Source of the DNA: Brevundimonas vancanneytii
Lineage (GTDB): Bacteria; Bacteroidota; Bacteroidia; Chitinophagales; Chitinophagaceae
Length of the DNA stretch: 64,000 bases
Direction of reading: 5' to 3'
Assembly (NCBI GenBank): GCA_943368425.1
Contig: CALRLC020000006.1
Location: forward strand, 47,893 to 111,892
The position numbers and the translations under genes were made by a program. This document shows positions 11,719 to 20,437 of this stretch, one piece after another (the first letter of the stretch is position 1; each line of letters begins with the position of its first letter). Under the pieces are notes generated by a model. That model searched no databases, had not been told where the DNA came from, and saw nothing but the letters and a program-made list of their open reading frames with translations.

Positions 11719-12000
11719 ATGAATAACGAACAACGCGATGAACAACTTTGGCAAATCGCTAAAGCAAGAGCCGGATTCAAATGGGCACTTTTCAGTTACC
11801 TGATTGTAAACGCATTTTTAGTAGTGGTATGGTTTTTTACATCAGGAATCGACTCTTACTTCTGGCCTATCTGGGTAATGCTAGGATGGGGTGTAGGTCT
11901 GGCTTTTCAATATTTCCACGCATATCACGGTACAAAATTTTTGACCGCAGCTGAAGAGTATGAGAAGTTGAAGCAGAAACAGGATGCAAGTGAAAAGTGA
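11719..12000 (+). CDS. Small 2TM-domain membrane protein
   Basis: Two hydrophobic helices and a YFWPIWVMLGWGVGLAFQYF motif typical of the 2TM family. Confidence 0.75.
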   Translation: MNNEQRDEQLWQIAKARAGFKWALFSYLIVNAFLVVVWFFTSGIDSYFWPIWVMLGWGVGLAFQYFHAYHGTKFLTAAEEYEKLKQKQDASEK

Positions 12001-12062
12001 AAAGTCAAAAGTCAAAAGTCAAAAAAATAAAATCAAGAAATCAAAGATCAAAAAATCAAACT
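11995..12062. repeat. Solo arms: AAAGTSA heptamers followed by the ATCAA family right arm
   Basis: aaagtga-aaagtca-aaagtca-aaagtca, then aatcaagaaatcaaagatcaaaaaatcaaact (12031-12062), identical to 45386-45417 and 62439-62470. Confidence 0.8.
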
Positions 12063-12069
12063 TAAAACC

Positions 12070-12696
12070 ATGAAACAGATCATTATTATTTTATCGATGT
12101 TCATTGCCGGACACCTTTCTGCACAAACCAAATATGAAGCAGGAATGCAAAAAGGATTGGAACAATTCAGTGCCGCTAAAACAGCAGAGGATATGGCTGC
12201 AGCATCTGCTTTTTTTGAACGTATTGCGGATGCAGAAAAAGATAAATGGTTGCCTTACTATTACGCTGCCCATGCTAATCATCTAACTGGTTGGATGAAT
12301 CCCAAAGCGGATAAAGACAAAGTAGCTGAAAAAAGTAAAGACCTATTGAGTAAAGCAGAGGCATTGGAAAGAAATGCTGAAACCTTTGCATTACGCCATA
12401 TGATCGCAGTTCAACAAATGACTGTTGATCCTATGTCGCGCTGGCAAACATATGGTGCTGAAGCAACAACAGCTATTGAACAGGCAAAAAAAGCTGATGC
12501 AACCAATCCAAGACCTTATTTGGTAGAAGCCCAATATATGATCAATGTTCCCGAAGCTTTTGGAGGTGGTAAAGCGGTTGCTAAAAAATTAGTTGAAAAG
12601 TCGTTGGAGCTTTTTGAAACTTACAAAGCAGCATCACCTATGCATCCTAATTGGGGTAAAGATCAGGCTACTAAATTGTTAGCTGCTTGTCAGTAA
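12070..12696 (+). CDS. Secreted alpha-helical (TPR-like) hypothetical protein
   Basis: Signal peptide MKQIIIILSMFIAGHLSA; WLPYYY and NPRPYL motifs; helical-repeat character. Confidence 0.65.
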   Translation: MKQIIIILSMFIAGHLSAQTKYEAGMQKGLEQFSAAKTAEDMAAASAFFERIADAEKDKWLPYYYAAHANHLTGWMNPKADKDKVAEKSKDLLSKAEALERNAETFALRHMIAVQQMTVDPMSRWQTYGAEATTAIEQAKKADATNPRPYLVEAQYMINVPEAFGGGKAVAKKLVEKSLELFETYKAASPMHPNWGKDQATKLLAACQ

Positions 12697-12747
12697 TTTT
12701 CTGATCATTATTCAGTAAACAAAATGGTGATCCAATAACTTTAAACG

Positions 12748-13425
12748 ATGGAGCAGCTATTCACTCCTTTATTGATACTCCATATTTTGGGTGGTAGTGC
12801 CGGATTAATAACCGGCACTATTGCTGCATCTGTTAAGAAAGGTTCCAAACCTCATTTAGTGTCCGGTAAAATATTTTTCTGGGGGATGTTCTTGGCTTCT
12901 TCGAGCGCTTTAATCCTGAGTTGGATTCCAGGGCATGAGAGTCTTTTTCTTTTTGCAGTTGGAGGCTTTACACTGTACATGATCTTAAGTGGGTATAGAA
13001 TTGTACTATTGAAACGAAAATTCAAACAACAACAGCAAACCTTTTTTTCAACAGATTATCTGATCACTTTATTTGGTTTTGGTTTTGCAGTTTTTTTATT
13101 GATTCAGTCGGTCAAAGGATTGTTAAGCGGAAATACATTCAGTATTGTACCCGGCGTATTCGGATTGATATGCTTGAGTTATGTGCTTTTAGATATCAGA
13201 TTAATGACTGGGAATGCCACTGTTAAACAATCATGGTTATACAATCATATTGTAAGGATGATGGGTGCTATGATCGCTTCTTATACCGCATTTTTGGTAG
13301 TGAATGTTGAGATCGAAATGCAATGGATACTTTGGTTACTGCCTACTGTAATAGGTAGTATCTTTATTACGATCTTTTTAAGAAAATATACCGGACCCAA
13401 AAACAATGACCATGTCAAACATTGA
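12748..13425 (+). CDS. Multi-TM membrane protein (DUF2306-like)
   Basis: LHILGG...KKGSKPHLVSGKIF and HIVRMMGAMIASYTAF motifs; about 6 TM helices. Confidence 0.65.
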   Translation: MEQLFTPLLILHILGGSAGLITGTIAASVKKGSKPHLVSGKIFFWGMFLASSSALILSWIPGHESLFLFAVGGFTLYMILSGYRIVLLKRKFKQQQQTFFSTDYLITLFGFGFAVFLLIQSVKGLLSGNTFSIVPGVFGLICLSYVLLDIRLMTGNATVKQSWLYNHIVRMMGAMIASYTAFLVVNVEIEMQWILWLLPTVIGSIFITIFLRKYTGPKNNDHVKH

Positions 13426-14023
13426 TTATCCAAATGATCAGGAAAAATCATTTTCTCCGGAAGAGAGTCTGCAATTGATTCAAACAATGATCCGGAAGAC
13501 AAAAGACTCGGTAGCAGTTGATAGCTTTTATCTGCTGTTCTGGGGATGGCTTGTATTCATTTGTTGTATGGTGGAATATGTATTGATGGTCTATTTTAAA
13601 TATCCTTATCACAGTTTTGTTTGGTGGACCATGCCTATCGGTGGCATTATTTCAGGTGTATATAGTTCTCGACAGGCAAAAAAGCAAAAGTCATTTACCT
13701 ATATCGAGGAAGCATTAAGCTATTTATGGATTGCGATCGGCCTTGCCTTTTTTGTAATGGTATTTGTGAATGTTGTATCGGAAGCATGGAAGACAGCATT
13801 TACCTATTATATTCTTATGTATGGTATCGGAACTTTTGTTAGCGGTAAGCTAATCCGATTTAAACCACTTGTTATAGGGGGCATCATTAACTTTATCATC
13901 GCTGCTGTTTCTATAAAGTTTAATTTCGCAGGCCAGTTACTAATGGGAGCATTGGCCATATTGATTAGCTACATCATTCCAGGACACTTATTGCGTATCC
14001 GATACAATACTAAAAAGAACTAA
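13406..14023 (+). CDS. Hypothetical membrane protein (paralogue of the next gene)
   Basis: SPEESLQLIQTMI...YLLFWG, then several TMs ending in IIPGHLL. Confidence 0.65.
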   Translation: MTMSNIDYPNDQEKSFSPEESLQLIQTMIRKTKDSVAVDSFYLLFWGWLVFICCMVEYVLMVYFKYPYHSFVWWTMPIGGIISGVYSSRQAKKQKSFTYIEEALSYLWIAIGLAFFVMVFVNVVSEAWKTAFTYYILMYGIGTFVSGKLIRFKPLVIGGIINFIIAAVSIKFNFAGQLLMGALAILISYIIPGHLLRIRYNTKKN

Positions 14024-14026
14024 TTC

Positions 14027-14713
14027 ATGGCAGACCAGAAACAAATGACCGAACAGGAAAGTCTTGACCTGATCACCAACATGATTCAAAAGGCCAAGGG
14101 TGGCTATCATGAAACAGGTATTGGTTCTCTGTTATGGGGAACAGTGGTAACTATTGCATCTGTAGTGACATATTTCGAACGCACGTATGATTTTTCTATT
14201 GGATTTGACATATGGCTGATTGTATTGGCGGCCATTATTCCTCAGATTGTTATTTCAATACAACAAAAAAGGTCGAATAAAGTAAAAAAATACGAAGACG
14301 ATGCATTGAATGCCGTTTGGTTGGTATTTGGGATTACTATTTTCGGTTTAAACACTTATCAGATCATTGTTCCGCAAATAACCAATGAATTCATCAAACA
14401 AGAGGGATGGCAATTGACCAAACATTATCTAAATAGTAATAAAGCAGATGAAGCCATCAGTGCTTTTACACCGAGTCTTTATTCCTTATTCATCCTCATA
14501 TATGCGCTTCCTACATTGATTACAGGTATCGTAAAAAAATTTAAACCCATGTTGTATGGGGCATTGGTTACTTATGGACTTTTCATCGCCTCTTGCTTTA
14601 CCATTTCAGAATATGACTTTTTATTGGGAGGAGTTGCAGCGCTCATCTGTTGGTTCATTCCCGGCGTGATTTTAAGAAGAAAATACCTAGCACAACAAAA
14701 AGCGAATGTTTAA
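14027..14713 (+). CDS. Hypothetical membrane protein (paralogue of the previous gene)
   Basis: TEQESLDLITNMI...SLLWG, several TMs ending in FIPGVIL. Confidence 0.65.
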   Translation: MADQKQMTEQESLDLITNMIQKAKGGYHETGIGSLLWGTVVTIASVVTYFERTYDFSIGFDIWLIVLAAIIPQIVISIQQKRSNKVKKYEDDALNAVWLVFGITIFGLNTYQIIVPQITNEFIKQEGWQLTKHYLNSNKADEAISAFTPSLYSLFILIYALPTLITGIVKKFKPMLYGALVTYGLFIASCFTISEYDFLLGGVAALICWFIPGVILRRKYLAQQKANV

Positions 14714-14999
14714 AGAGCTGGATCCCATATTACATTCTCAGTTGCGACTGGCAGTTGTAAGTCTGCTCATTGGAGTAAAGGAGGCTGAGTTTACCTTTAT
14801 CCGTGAAAAGACCAATGCTACAGCCGGTAATCTCAGCGTACAGGTACAAAAGCTCAAAGAAGCGGGTTATATCGAGGTAACCAAACAATTCAAAGACAAT
14901 TATCCTCAAACTACCTGTAAAATAACGCCCAAAGGCATAGAGGCTTTTGAAGCCTATGTTCAGGCGCTTCAGCAATATCTTCAAGTGGGAAAAGAATAA
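14706..14999 (+). CDS. Winged-helix transcriptional regulator (ArsR/MarR-like)
   Basis: LDPILHSQLRLAVVSLL, TAGNLSVQVQKLKEAGYI and a wing ending in ITPKG. Confidence 0.85.
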   Translation: MFKELDPILHSQLRLAVVSLLIGVKEAEFTFIREKTNATAGNLSVQVQKLKEAGYIEVTKQFKDNYPQTTCKITPKGIEAFEAYVQALQQYLQVGKE

Positions 15000-15071
15000 G
15001 CTCTTTTCCTTCACTTTTCACATTTCCCTTTTCACCTGCTGCGAACTTACTACGTACCTTCGTTGTTATAC

Positions 15072-16004
15072 ATGGAAATGAAGGAAATCATACAGGTAAA
15101 TCATCTTACCAAATCATTCAAAAATTTAACCGCTGTTAACGATCTTTCTTTTTCGGTCAGAGAAGGGGATGTTTATGGATTCCTTGGGCAAAACGGAGCC
15201 GGAAAAAGTACCACCATCCGCATGCTCTTAACACTCATTGAACCTACAGCCGGCTCCATTGAACTATTCGGTTTATCACTTCAGACACATAGAACCGAAA
15301 TACTTAGACAAGTAGGTGCTGTGATCGAAAAACCGGATGTATACAAATACCTAAGTGCAATAGATAATTTACAGTTGTTTGCTCGTTTAAGCGGATTGAA
15401 CCCTACACGCCAACAACTCATGGATCAATTAGAGATGGTGGGTCTTGCCGCCAGAGCAAAAGATACCGTGAAAACTTTTTCTCAGGGTATGAAGCAAAGA
15501 TTAGGAATTGCTGTGGCATTGGTACATGATCCTAAACTCATTATTCTTGATGAACCTACCAATGGCTTGGATCCTCAAGGTATTGCAGATATCAGAAACT
15601 TGATTCGACATCTAAGTAAAGACCTGAATAAAACCGTTCTTGTATCATCACATTTATTAAATGAGATCGAACAAATTGCTACAAGGGTATTGATCATTGA
15701 TAAGGGGAAAAAACTCGTGGAAGGATCAGCAGCTGAACTTTTTGATCCTGCTCAAACATTGATAGAGCTTGAGACTTTAGACAATGAAGCAGCATTCTTG
15801 CAGCTACAACAAAGCAAATGGAAAGATGCACTGCAAACCAGAAGATCAAATACCATTCTCATCAAGATTCACAGAGATAATATCCCTGTCTTACACAAAG
15901 ACTTGGTTGGGTTGAATATCCCTGTTTTGTCCTTACAACCCAGACATTCATTAGAAGACTTTTTCTTACAGGTAACATCCGGTCAATATGCGAACACTCA
16001 TTAA
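15072..16004 (+). CDS. ABC transporter ATP-binding protein (BcrA/ABC-2 type)
   Basis: GQNGAGKST, FSQGMKQRLG and ILDEPTNGLDP motifs. Confidence 0.9.
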   Translation: MEMKEIIQVNHLTKSFKNLTAVNDLSFSVREGDVYGFLGQNGAGKSTTIRMLLTLIEPTAGSIELFGLSLQTHRTEILRQVGAVIEKPDVYKYLSAIDNLQLFARLSGLNPTRQQLMDQLEMVGLAARAKDTVKTFSQGMKQRLGIAVALVHDPKLIILDEPTNGLDPQGIADIRNLIRHLSKDLNKTVLVSSHLLNEIEQIATRVLIIDKGKKLVEGSAAELFDPAQTLIELETLDNEAAFLQLQQSKWKDALQTRRSNTILIKIHRDNIPVLHKDLVGLNIPVLSLQPRHSLEDFFLQVTSGQYANTH

Positions 16005-16863
16005 CATAGAGCTTTATAAAATTTTCAAAAGACCACGTACATACATTGCGTTTGCTGCTATTACTGCATTAATTGTGATGATTCAGTTTGGTTTAAAAGT
16101 AGATGGGAAGACTTATGTAGACTTCATGCTGAATGATCTTGGGTCTACATTGGAAATTGATGGCAATATCATGAATGGCTATTTGGTTTGTTATGTGATG
16201 TTGCAACTATTATTGGTACATGTGCCATTGTTAATTGCGTTGATCGCAGCTGATATGATTTCAGGAGAAGCCAATATGGGTACATTACGTGTCTTGCTTT
16301 CTAAGCCATATAGTAGAACTCAATTCATGCTCGCAAAGTTTATTGCTTCTACAATCTATACATTGATGTTGTTAGTATGGTTGGCATTTCTCGCACTATT
16401 CGTAAGCATGTGGATCTTTGGAACCGATGATATGTTCTTGATGAAAAGTAGTTACGTAGTACTACTAAAAGAAAGTGATGTTTTTTGGCGATATGTGGGT
16501 GCTTTTGGATTTGCAGCATTAGCTATGACAACAGTTGCAGCACTTGGTTTTTTCTTATCTGTCTTTGCAGAAAATTCAATAGGTCCAATTGTTGCTACGA
16601 TGAGTGTGATCATCTTCTTTACCATACTCAGTACCATGAATATACCCATATTCAATTTAGTAAAGCCCTATCTCTTTACAACACATATGATCGGCTGGAA
16701 AGAATTTTTTGATATTCAGGTAACAGATACCAATGAAGCGATTGTAGGTAGCATTCAATATCCGGAACGAATTATTAACTCTGCATTAGTACTCTTTATT
16801 CATATCATTTTATTTGTGGCTGCAGCAATTGTTGTGTTCAGAAAGAAAGATGTTTTAAGCTAA
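15988..16863 (+). CDS. ABC-2 family permease
   Basis: About 6 TMs; SGEANMGTLRVLLSKPYSR motif; overlaps the NBD gene. Confidence 0.85.
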   Translation: MRTLINIELYKIFKRPRTYIAFAAITALIVMIQFGLKVDGKTYVDFMLNDLGSTLEIDGNIMNGYLVCYVMLQLLLVHVPLLIALIAADMISGEANMGTLRVLLSKPYSRTQFMLAKFIASTIYTLMLLVWLAFLALFVSMWIFGTDDMFLMKSSYVVLLKESDVFWRYVGAFGFAALAMTTVAALGFFLSVFAENSIGPIVATMSVIIFFTILSTMNIPIFNLVKPYLFTTHMIGWKEFFDIQVTDTNEAIVGSIQYPERIINSALVLFIHIILFVAAAIVVFRKKDVLS

Positions 16864-16873
16864 ATCAACAACC

Positions 16874-17569
16874 ATGAGAACACTCATCATACTAATTTTC
16901 ACTTTTCACTTTTCCCTTTTCACTTCTTCTGCCCAAGATATGACCTCTTTGGTGATGAAAGTCAAAGCCAAACTCGATCAGGTCAATGATTATGAAGCAG
17001 ACGGTAGAATGAAAACAGATGTGGCCTTTATCAAAGCGCCAGTTGGCAAAGTCAAGATCTATTTCAAGAAACCAGATAAATTTCGTCTGAAAAAAGACGG
17101 AGGAATATCATTGCTGCCGAAAGGTGGTGTTTCTGTGAATATGAATTCAATTGTAACCACAGATCAGTTCGTTGCGTTGGCAGCCGGAGAAGCAATGGTG
17201 GGAGGAATAAAAACCAAAGTGGTGAAAATGCTTCCGGTGAATGAAAACAGTGATGTGGTGCTTACAACTATGTATATCGACGAAGCCAATTTACTGGTTC
17301 GAAAAGCTGTGACCACAACGAAAGAAAATGGTACTTATGAAATTGAAATGAGCTACGGAAAATTTGCCAGCTTCGGATTACCTGATAAGGTCACTTTTAG
17401 CTTTAATACCAAGAATTACAAATTACCCAAAGGACTTACTTTAGAATTCGATGACAATGAAAAGCCACTCACTGAAGAACAAAAATTGAAGAATAAAAAG
17501 GGTAGGGTGGAAATTGTATATACGAATTATGCGATCAACAAAGGAATCGCTGATGCCATCTTCAAGTAA
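16874..17569 (+). CDS. Secreted LolA-like (lipoprotein carrier fold) protein
   Basis: Signal peptide; GKVKIYFKKPDKFRL and MYIDEANLLVRK resemble LolA-like beta-sheet motifs. Confidence 0.6.
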   Translation: MRTLIILIFTFHFSLFTSSAQDMTSLVMKVKAKLDQVNDYEADGRMKTDVAFIKAPVGKVKIYFKKPDKFRLKKDGGISLLPKGGVSVNMNSIVTTDQFVALAAGEAMVGGIKTKVVKMLPVNENSDVVLTTMYIDEANLLVRKAVTTTKENGTYEIEMSYGKFASFGLPDKVTFSFNTKNYKLPKGLTLEFDDNEKPLTEEQKLKNKKGRVEIVYTNYAINKGIADAIFK

Positions 17570-18439
17570 TTAAAAAACTTCTACGGACCATTGTCTGTTC
17601 ATCATTGTTTTAGGCGATAATTGATGGATACCTTCTTTATTGATCAGTTCTCCATTACTATCAGCTGCGTCAGCAATACCGCACCAAGGCTCTATGCAAA
17701 CAAAGTCTGCATCTTTTGCACTCCAAATTCCCATGTAAGGGAAGTTCTCATAGCGTAAAGTGATGCCATGTTTGTGTTGCGGAGATAGAATTGAAATAGC
17801 TTTTGATAGAAGTGATTTAAAAACAAGTGCATCACCATAAAACAATTCCTTTCGTAAAGCTATTTTACTTTGCTGATGAAAGAAAGCGACCGGATTATTC
17901 AATATCAATCCTTCATTTGATAAAGGCCAGATAGGAGCATTCTCGATTTGATCGAAAGCTAAATAATAGTCTTCAAAATTAGTATCAGGCATTAAAGGTA
18001 CAGCAAAAGCAGGGTGTGCACCCACTGAACAAAACATTACTTCTTCTCCAATATTCTCAATCTGATAACTCACCACTAATTTATTTCCGATCAATTGATA
18101 ACGGATGGAAAAAATAAAATCAAAGGGATAGACAGCTTTAGTTTCTTCATCTGATTTCAATGAAAAAGTCACACTATCTTCTGTTTGTTTACTGATGGTA
18201 AATGCACGATCTCTTGCAAAGCCATGCCTACCCATAGAATACTCCTTACCCTTAAATGTGTATCGATTATTTTTCAGACCACCTACAATTGGAAATAAGA
18301 CCGGACTTTTCTTTCCCCAAAATGCAGGATTACCGGACCACATGTATTCAATGCCAGTATGCTTTCCAACAATACTTTGTAGTTCCGCTCCTTTGGAACT
18401 GATCACAACACTTAACTGGTCATTCGATAATTCGTACAT
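17570..18439 (-). CDS. Aldose 1-epimerase family protein (LacX-like)
   Basis: GAEL, SPVLFPIVG, HGFARD, GAHPAF and FVCIEPW motifs. Confidence 0.88.
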   Translation of the reverse strand: MYELSNDQLSVVISSKGAELQSIVGKHTGIEYMWSGNPAFWGKKSPVLFPIVGGLKNNRYTFKGKEYSMGRHGFARDRAFTISKQTEDSVTFSLKSDEETKAVYPFDFIFSIRYQLIGNKLVVSYQIENIGEEVMFCSVGAHPAFAVPLMPDTNFEDYYLAFDQIENAPIWPLSNEGLILNNPVAFFHQQSKIALRKELFYGDALVFKSLLSKAISILSPQHKHGITLRYENFPYMGIWSAKDADFVCIEPWCGIADAADSNGELINKEGIHQLSPKTMMNRQWSVEVF

Positions 18440-18442
18440 GCA

Positions 18443-19534
18443 CTATTCGGTTTCTTCAATACGTTCATCAACCGCATTGGCGATCATTCGTGCACTCATT
18501 TTGCGTAGTGGATTCAGTCGCATTTCTGCATAACCCATTCTCATACGAATGATTTCAATACAAGTAAAAGTTGCAGCTAAAAATGAGCTATGATCTGCTT
18601 TGCCTTTTCCGGCTATATCAAAAGCGGTTCCATGATCCGGACTGGTTCTAACGGCATTCAATCCGGCTGTATAATTCACGCCTTCTCCAATGGCCAATGA
18701 TTTAAAAGGAATTAGTCCCTGGTCATGGTACATGGCAAGCACTGCATCAAATCGTTCATGCTGCCCTCTTGCAAAAAAGGCATCGGCACTATAAGGACCG
18801 AATACCATTATCTGATGCTTTGCTTCTTTGATAGCAGGCTTGATGACATTTTCTTCTTCACTGCCTATCAATCCTTCATCACCTGCATGAGGATTTAATC
18901 CTAAAACAGCAATTTTTGGTTTATCAATACCAAAATCTTTTTGGAGACTGGCATTCATGATCTTCAACTTGCTGATGATATTTTCTTTAGTAATGTGTTT
19001 AGAAACATCCGCAACAGTAACATGTTCAGTCAGTAAACCAATACGCATATTGTCGGCTACCATGAACATCAGTACATCATTCACTCCAAACAATTCTTTT
19101 AAGAAGGGGGTATGTCCGGTATGATGAAAATCTTCTGATTGAATATTCTTTTTGTGGATGGGTGCAGTGACCAATCCATGGATATGTCCGTCTTTTAAGG
19201 CTTGTGCAGCTTCTTTCAGAGAGAGTAAACCATACTTTCCGCCTATTTCATTGAGTTGACCAGGTGTGATAGCTACTTCTTCTTCCCAGCAATTATATAT
19301 ATTCACCTGTTTAGGATTCAATCTGCTGAAATCCCTGCCACTGGCATAGTTGAAATTGATATCAGGCAAACTTTTTCTGTAAAAATTGATGCTTTTATTA
19401 CTTGCAAAAACAACAGGGGTGCAGAAATCCAGTAAACGATGATCACCTAGTGTTTTCAATATCAATTCAATCCCTATTCCATTCAAATCACCACAAGAGA
19501 AACCAATCACAGGCTTTTGCATTTCATTACTCAT
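18443..19534 (-). CDS. pdxA: 4-hydroxythreonine-4-phosphate dehydrogenase
   Basis: GDLNGIG, LVTAPIHK, GHT, GLNPHAG, MYHDQG and RTSPDHGTAFDIAG motifs. Start moved to 19534 because the upstream ORF extension is repeat sequence. Confidence 0.93.
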   Translation of the reverse strand: MSNEMQKPVIGFSCGDLNGIGIELILKTLGDHRLLDFCTPVVFASNKSINFYRKSLPDINFNYASGRDFSRLNPKQVNIYNCWEEEVAITPGQLNEIGGKYGLLSLKEAAQALKDGHIHGLVTAPIHKKNIQSEDFHHTGHTPFLKELFGVNDVLMFMVADNMRIGLLTEHVTVADVSKHITKENIISKLKIMNASLQKDFGIDKPKIAVLGLNPHAGDEGLIGSEEENVIKPAIKEAKHQIMVFGPYSADAFFARGQHERFDAVLAMYHDQGLIPFKSLAIGEGVNYTAGLNAVRTSPDHGTAFDIAGKGKADHSSFLAATFTCIEIIRMRMGYAEMRLNPLRKMSARMIANAVDERIEETE

Positions 19535-19566
19535 CAGTATAGCTTTAGGGTATAAAAATACGACTT

Positions 19567-19631
19567 TAGTCCATAGTCTATGGACCATAGTGAATAGATG
19601 ATCAACTATGTACCATGGACCATGGACTATC
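19567..19631. repeat. Heptamer inverted-arm element, ATRGTCY family, empty
   Basis: tagtccatagtctatggaccatagtgaatag ... actatgtaccatggaccatggactatc, between divergent pdxA and rsmA. Confidence 0.7.
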
Positions 19632-19659
19632 AGCCAAGATACTACCTACCTTTGCCCCA

Positions 19660-20418
19660 ATGGAATATACCCTCAAAAAATCACTCGGACAGCATTTTCT
19701 GAAAGATGAATCAGTGTGTGAGCGCATTGTGGATGCTTTGCAGCAAGATAAGCCTGCACAGCTGGTGGAAGTAGGGCCTGGCGGTGGTGCGCTCACGAAA
19801 TATTTGCTGGACTTACCGGATATTTCATTGAAAGCTGTGGAATTGGATGATGAGAAAGTAGCCTACCTTGAAAAGACCTATCCTTCTATAAAAGGTAAAA
19901 TCATTCATCAAAGTATTCTTGATACTCCTGTTCCTTTTACAGATCAATTCACGGTAGTAGGTAATTTTCCGTATAACATTTCCTCACAGATATTGTTTCG
20001 TATTCTGGAATGGAAAGAACAAGTGCCTGTGATGATCGGAATGTTTCAAAAAGAAGTCGCACAAAGAGTGGTGTCTTCTTCCGGAAGTAAAGATTATGGA
20101 ATTCTAAGTGTATTGATACAAGCATTTTATGAAGTAGAATACTTGTTTGATGTACCACCTGAATCTTTTAATCCTCCTCCCAAAGTTATGAGTGGCGTGA
20201 TCCGATTGAGGAGACGCATTATTTATGAACCCATGAAATCAGAACGAAGTTTTTTTGTACTGGTCAAGGCAGCGTTCAATCAGCGAAGAAAAATGCTCCG
20301 TAATCCCTTGAAAGGGATGTTTGATACCGATACTTTGCAGGAAGAGATATTTACAAAAAGAGCAGAACAATTAACCGTTGCTGATTTTGCAGCGCTCACA
20401 TATAAAATGAAGTCATAG
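19660..20418 (+). CDS. rsmA: 16S rRNA m6,2A dimethyltransferase
   Basis: KKSLGQHFL, EVGPG, VGNFPYNISS and FNQRRKMLRN motifs. The ATG at 19660 is 5 nt after TACCTTTG (19647-19654). Confidence 0.95.
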   Translation: MEYTLKKSLGQHFLKDESVCERIVDALQQDKPAQLVEVGPGGGALTKYLLDLPDISLKAVELDDEKVAYLEKTYPSIKGKIIHQSILDTPVPFTDQFTVVGNFPYNISSQILFRILEWKEQVPVMIGMFQKEVAQRVVSSSGSKDYGILSVLIQAFYEVEYLFDVPPESFNPPPKVMSGVIRLRRRIIYEPMKSERSFFVLVKAAFNQRRKMLRNPLKGMFDTDTLQEEIFTKRAEQLTVADFAALTYKMKS

Positions 20419-20437
20419 CAGTAAATAGAACGAATAC

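Noticed and set aside
19535-19659. N-terminal extensions in the ORF track for pdxA and rsmA (likewise ruvC, hemJ, frr, transketolase and the SDR)
   Set aside because: The extensions are translations of repeat arms or promoters (e.g. [10 protein letters not shown]); downstream ATGs fit the family N-termini and promoter positions.
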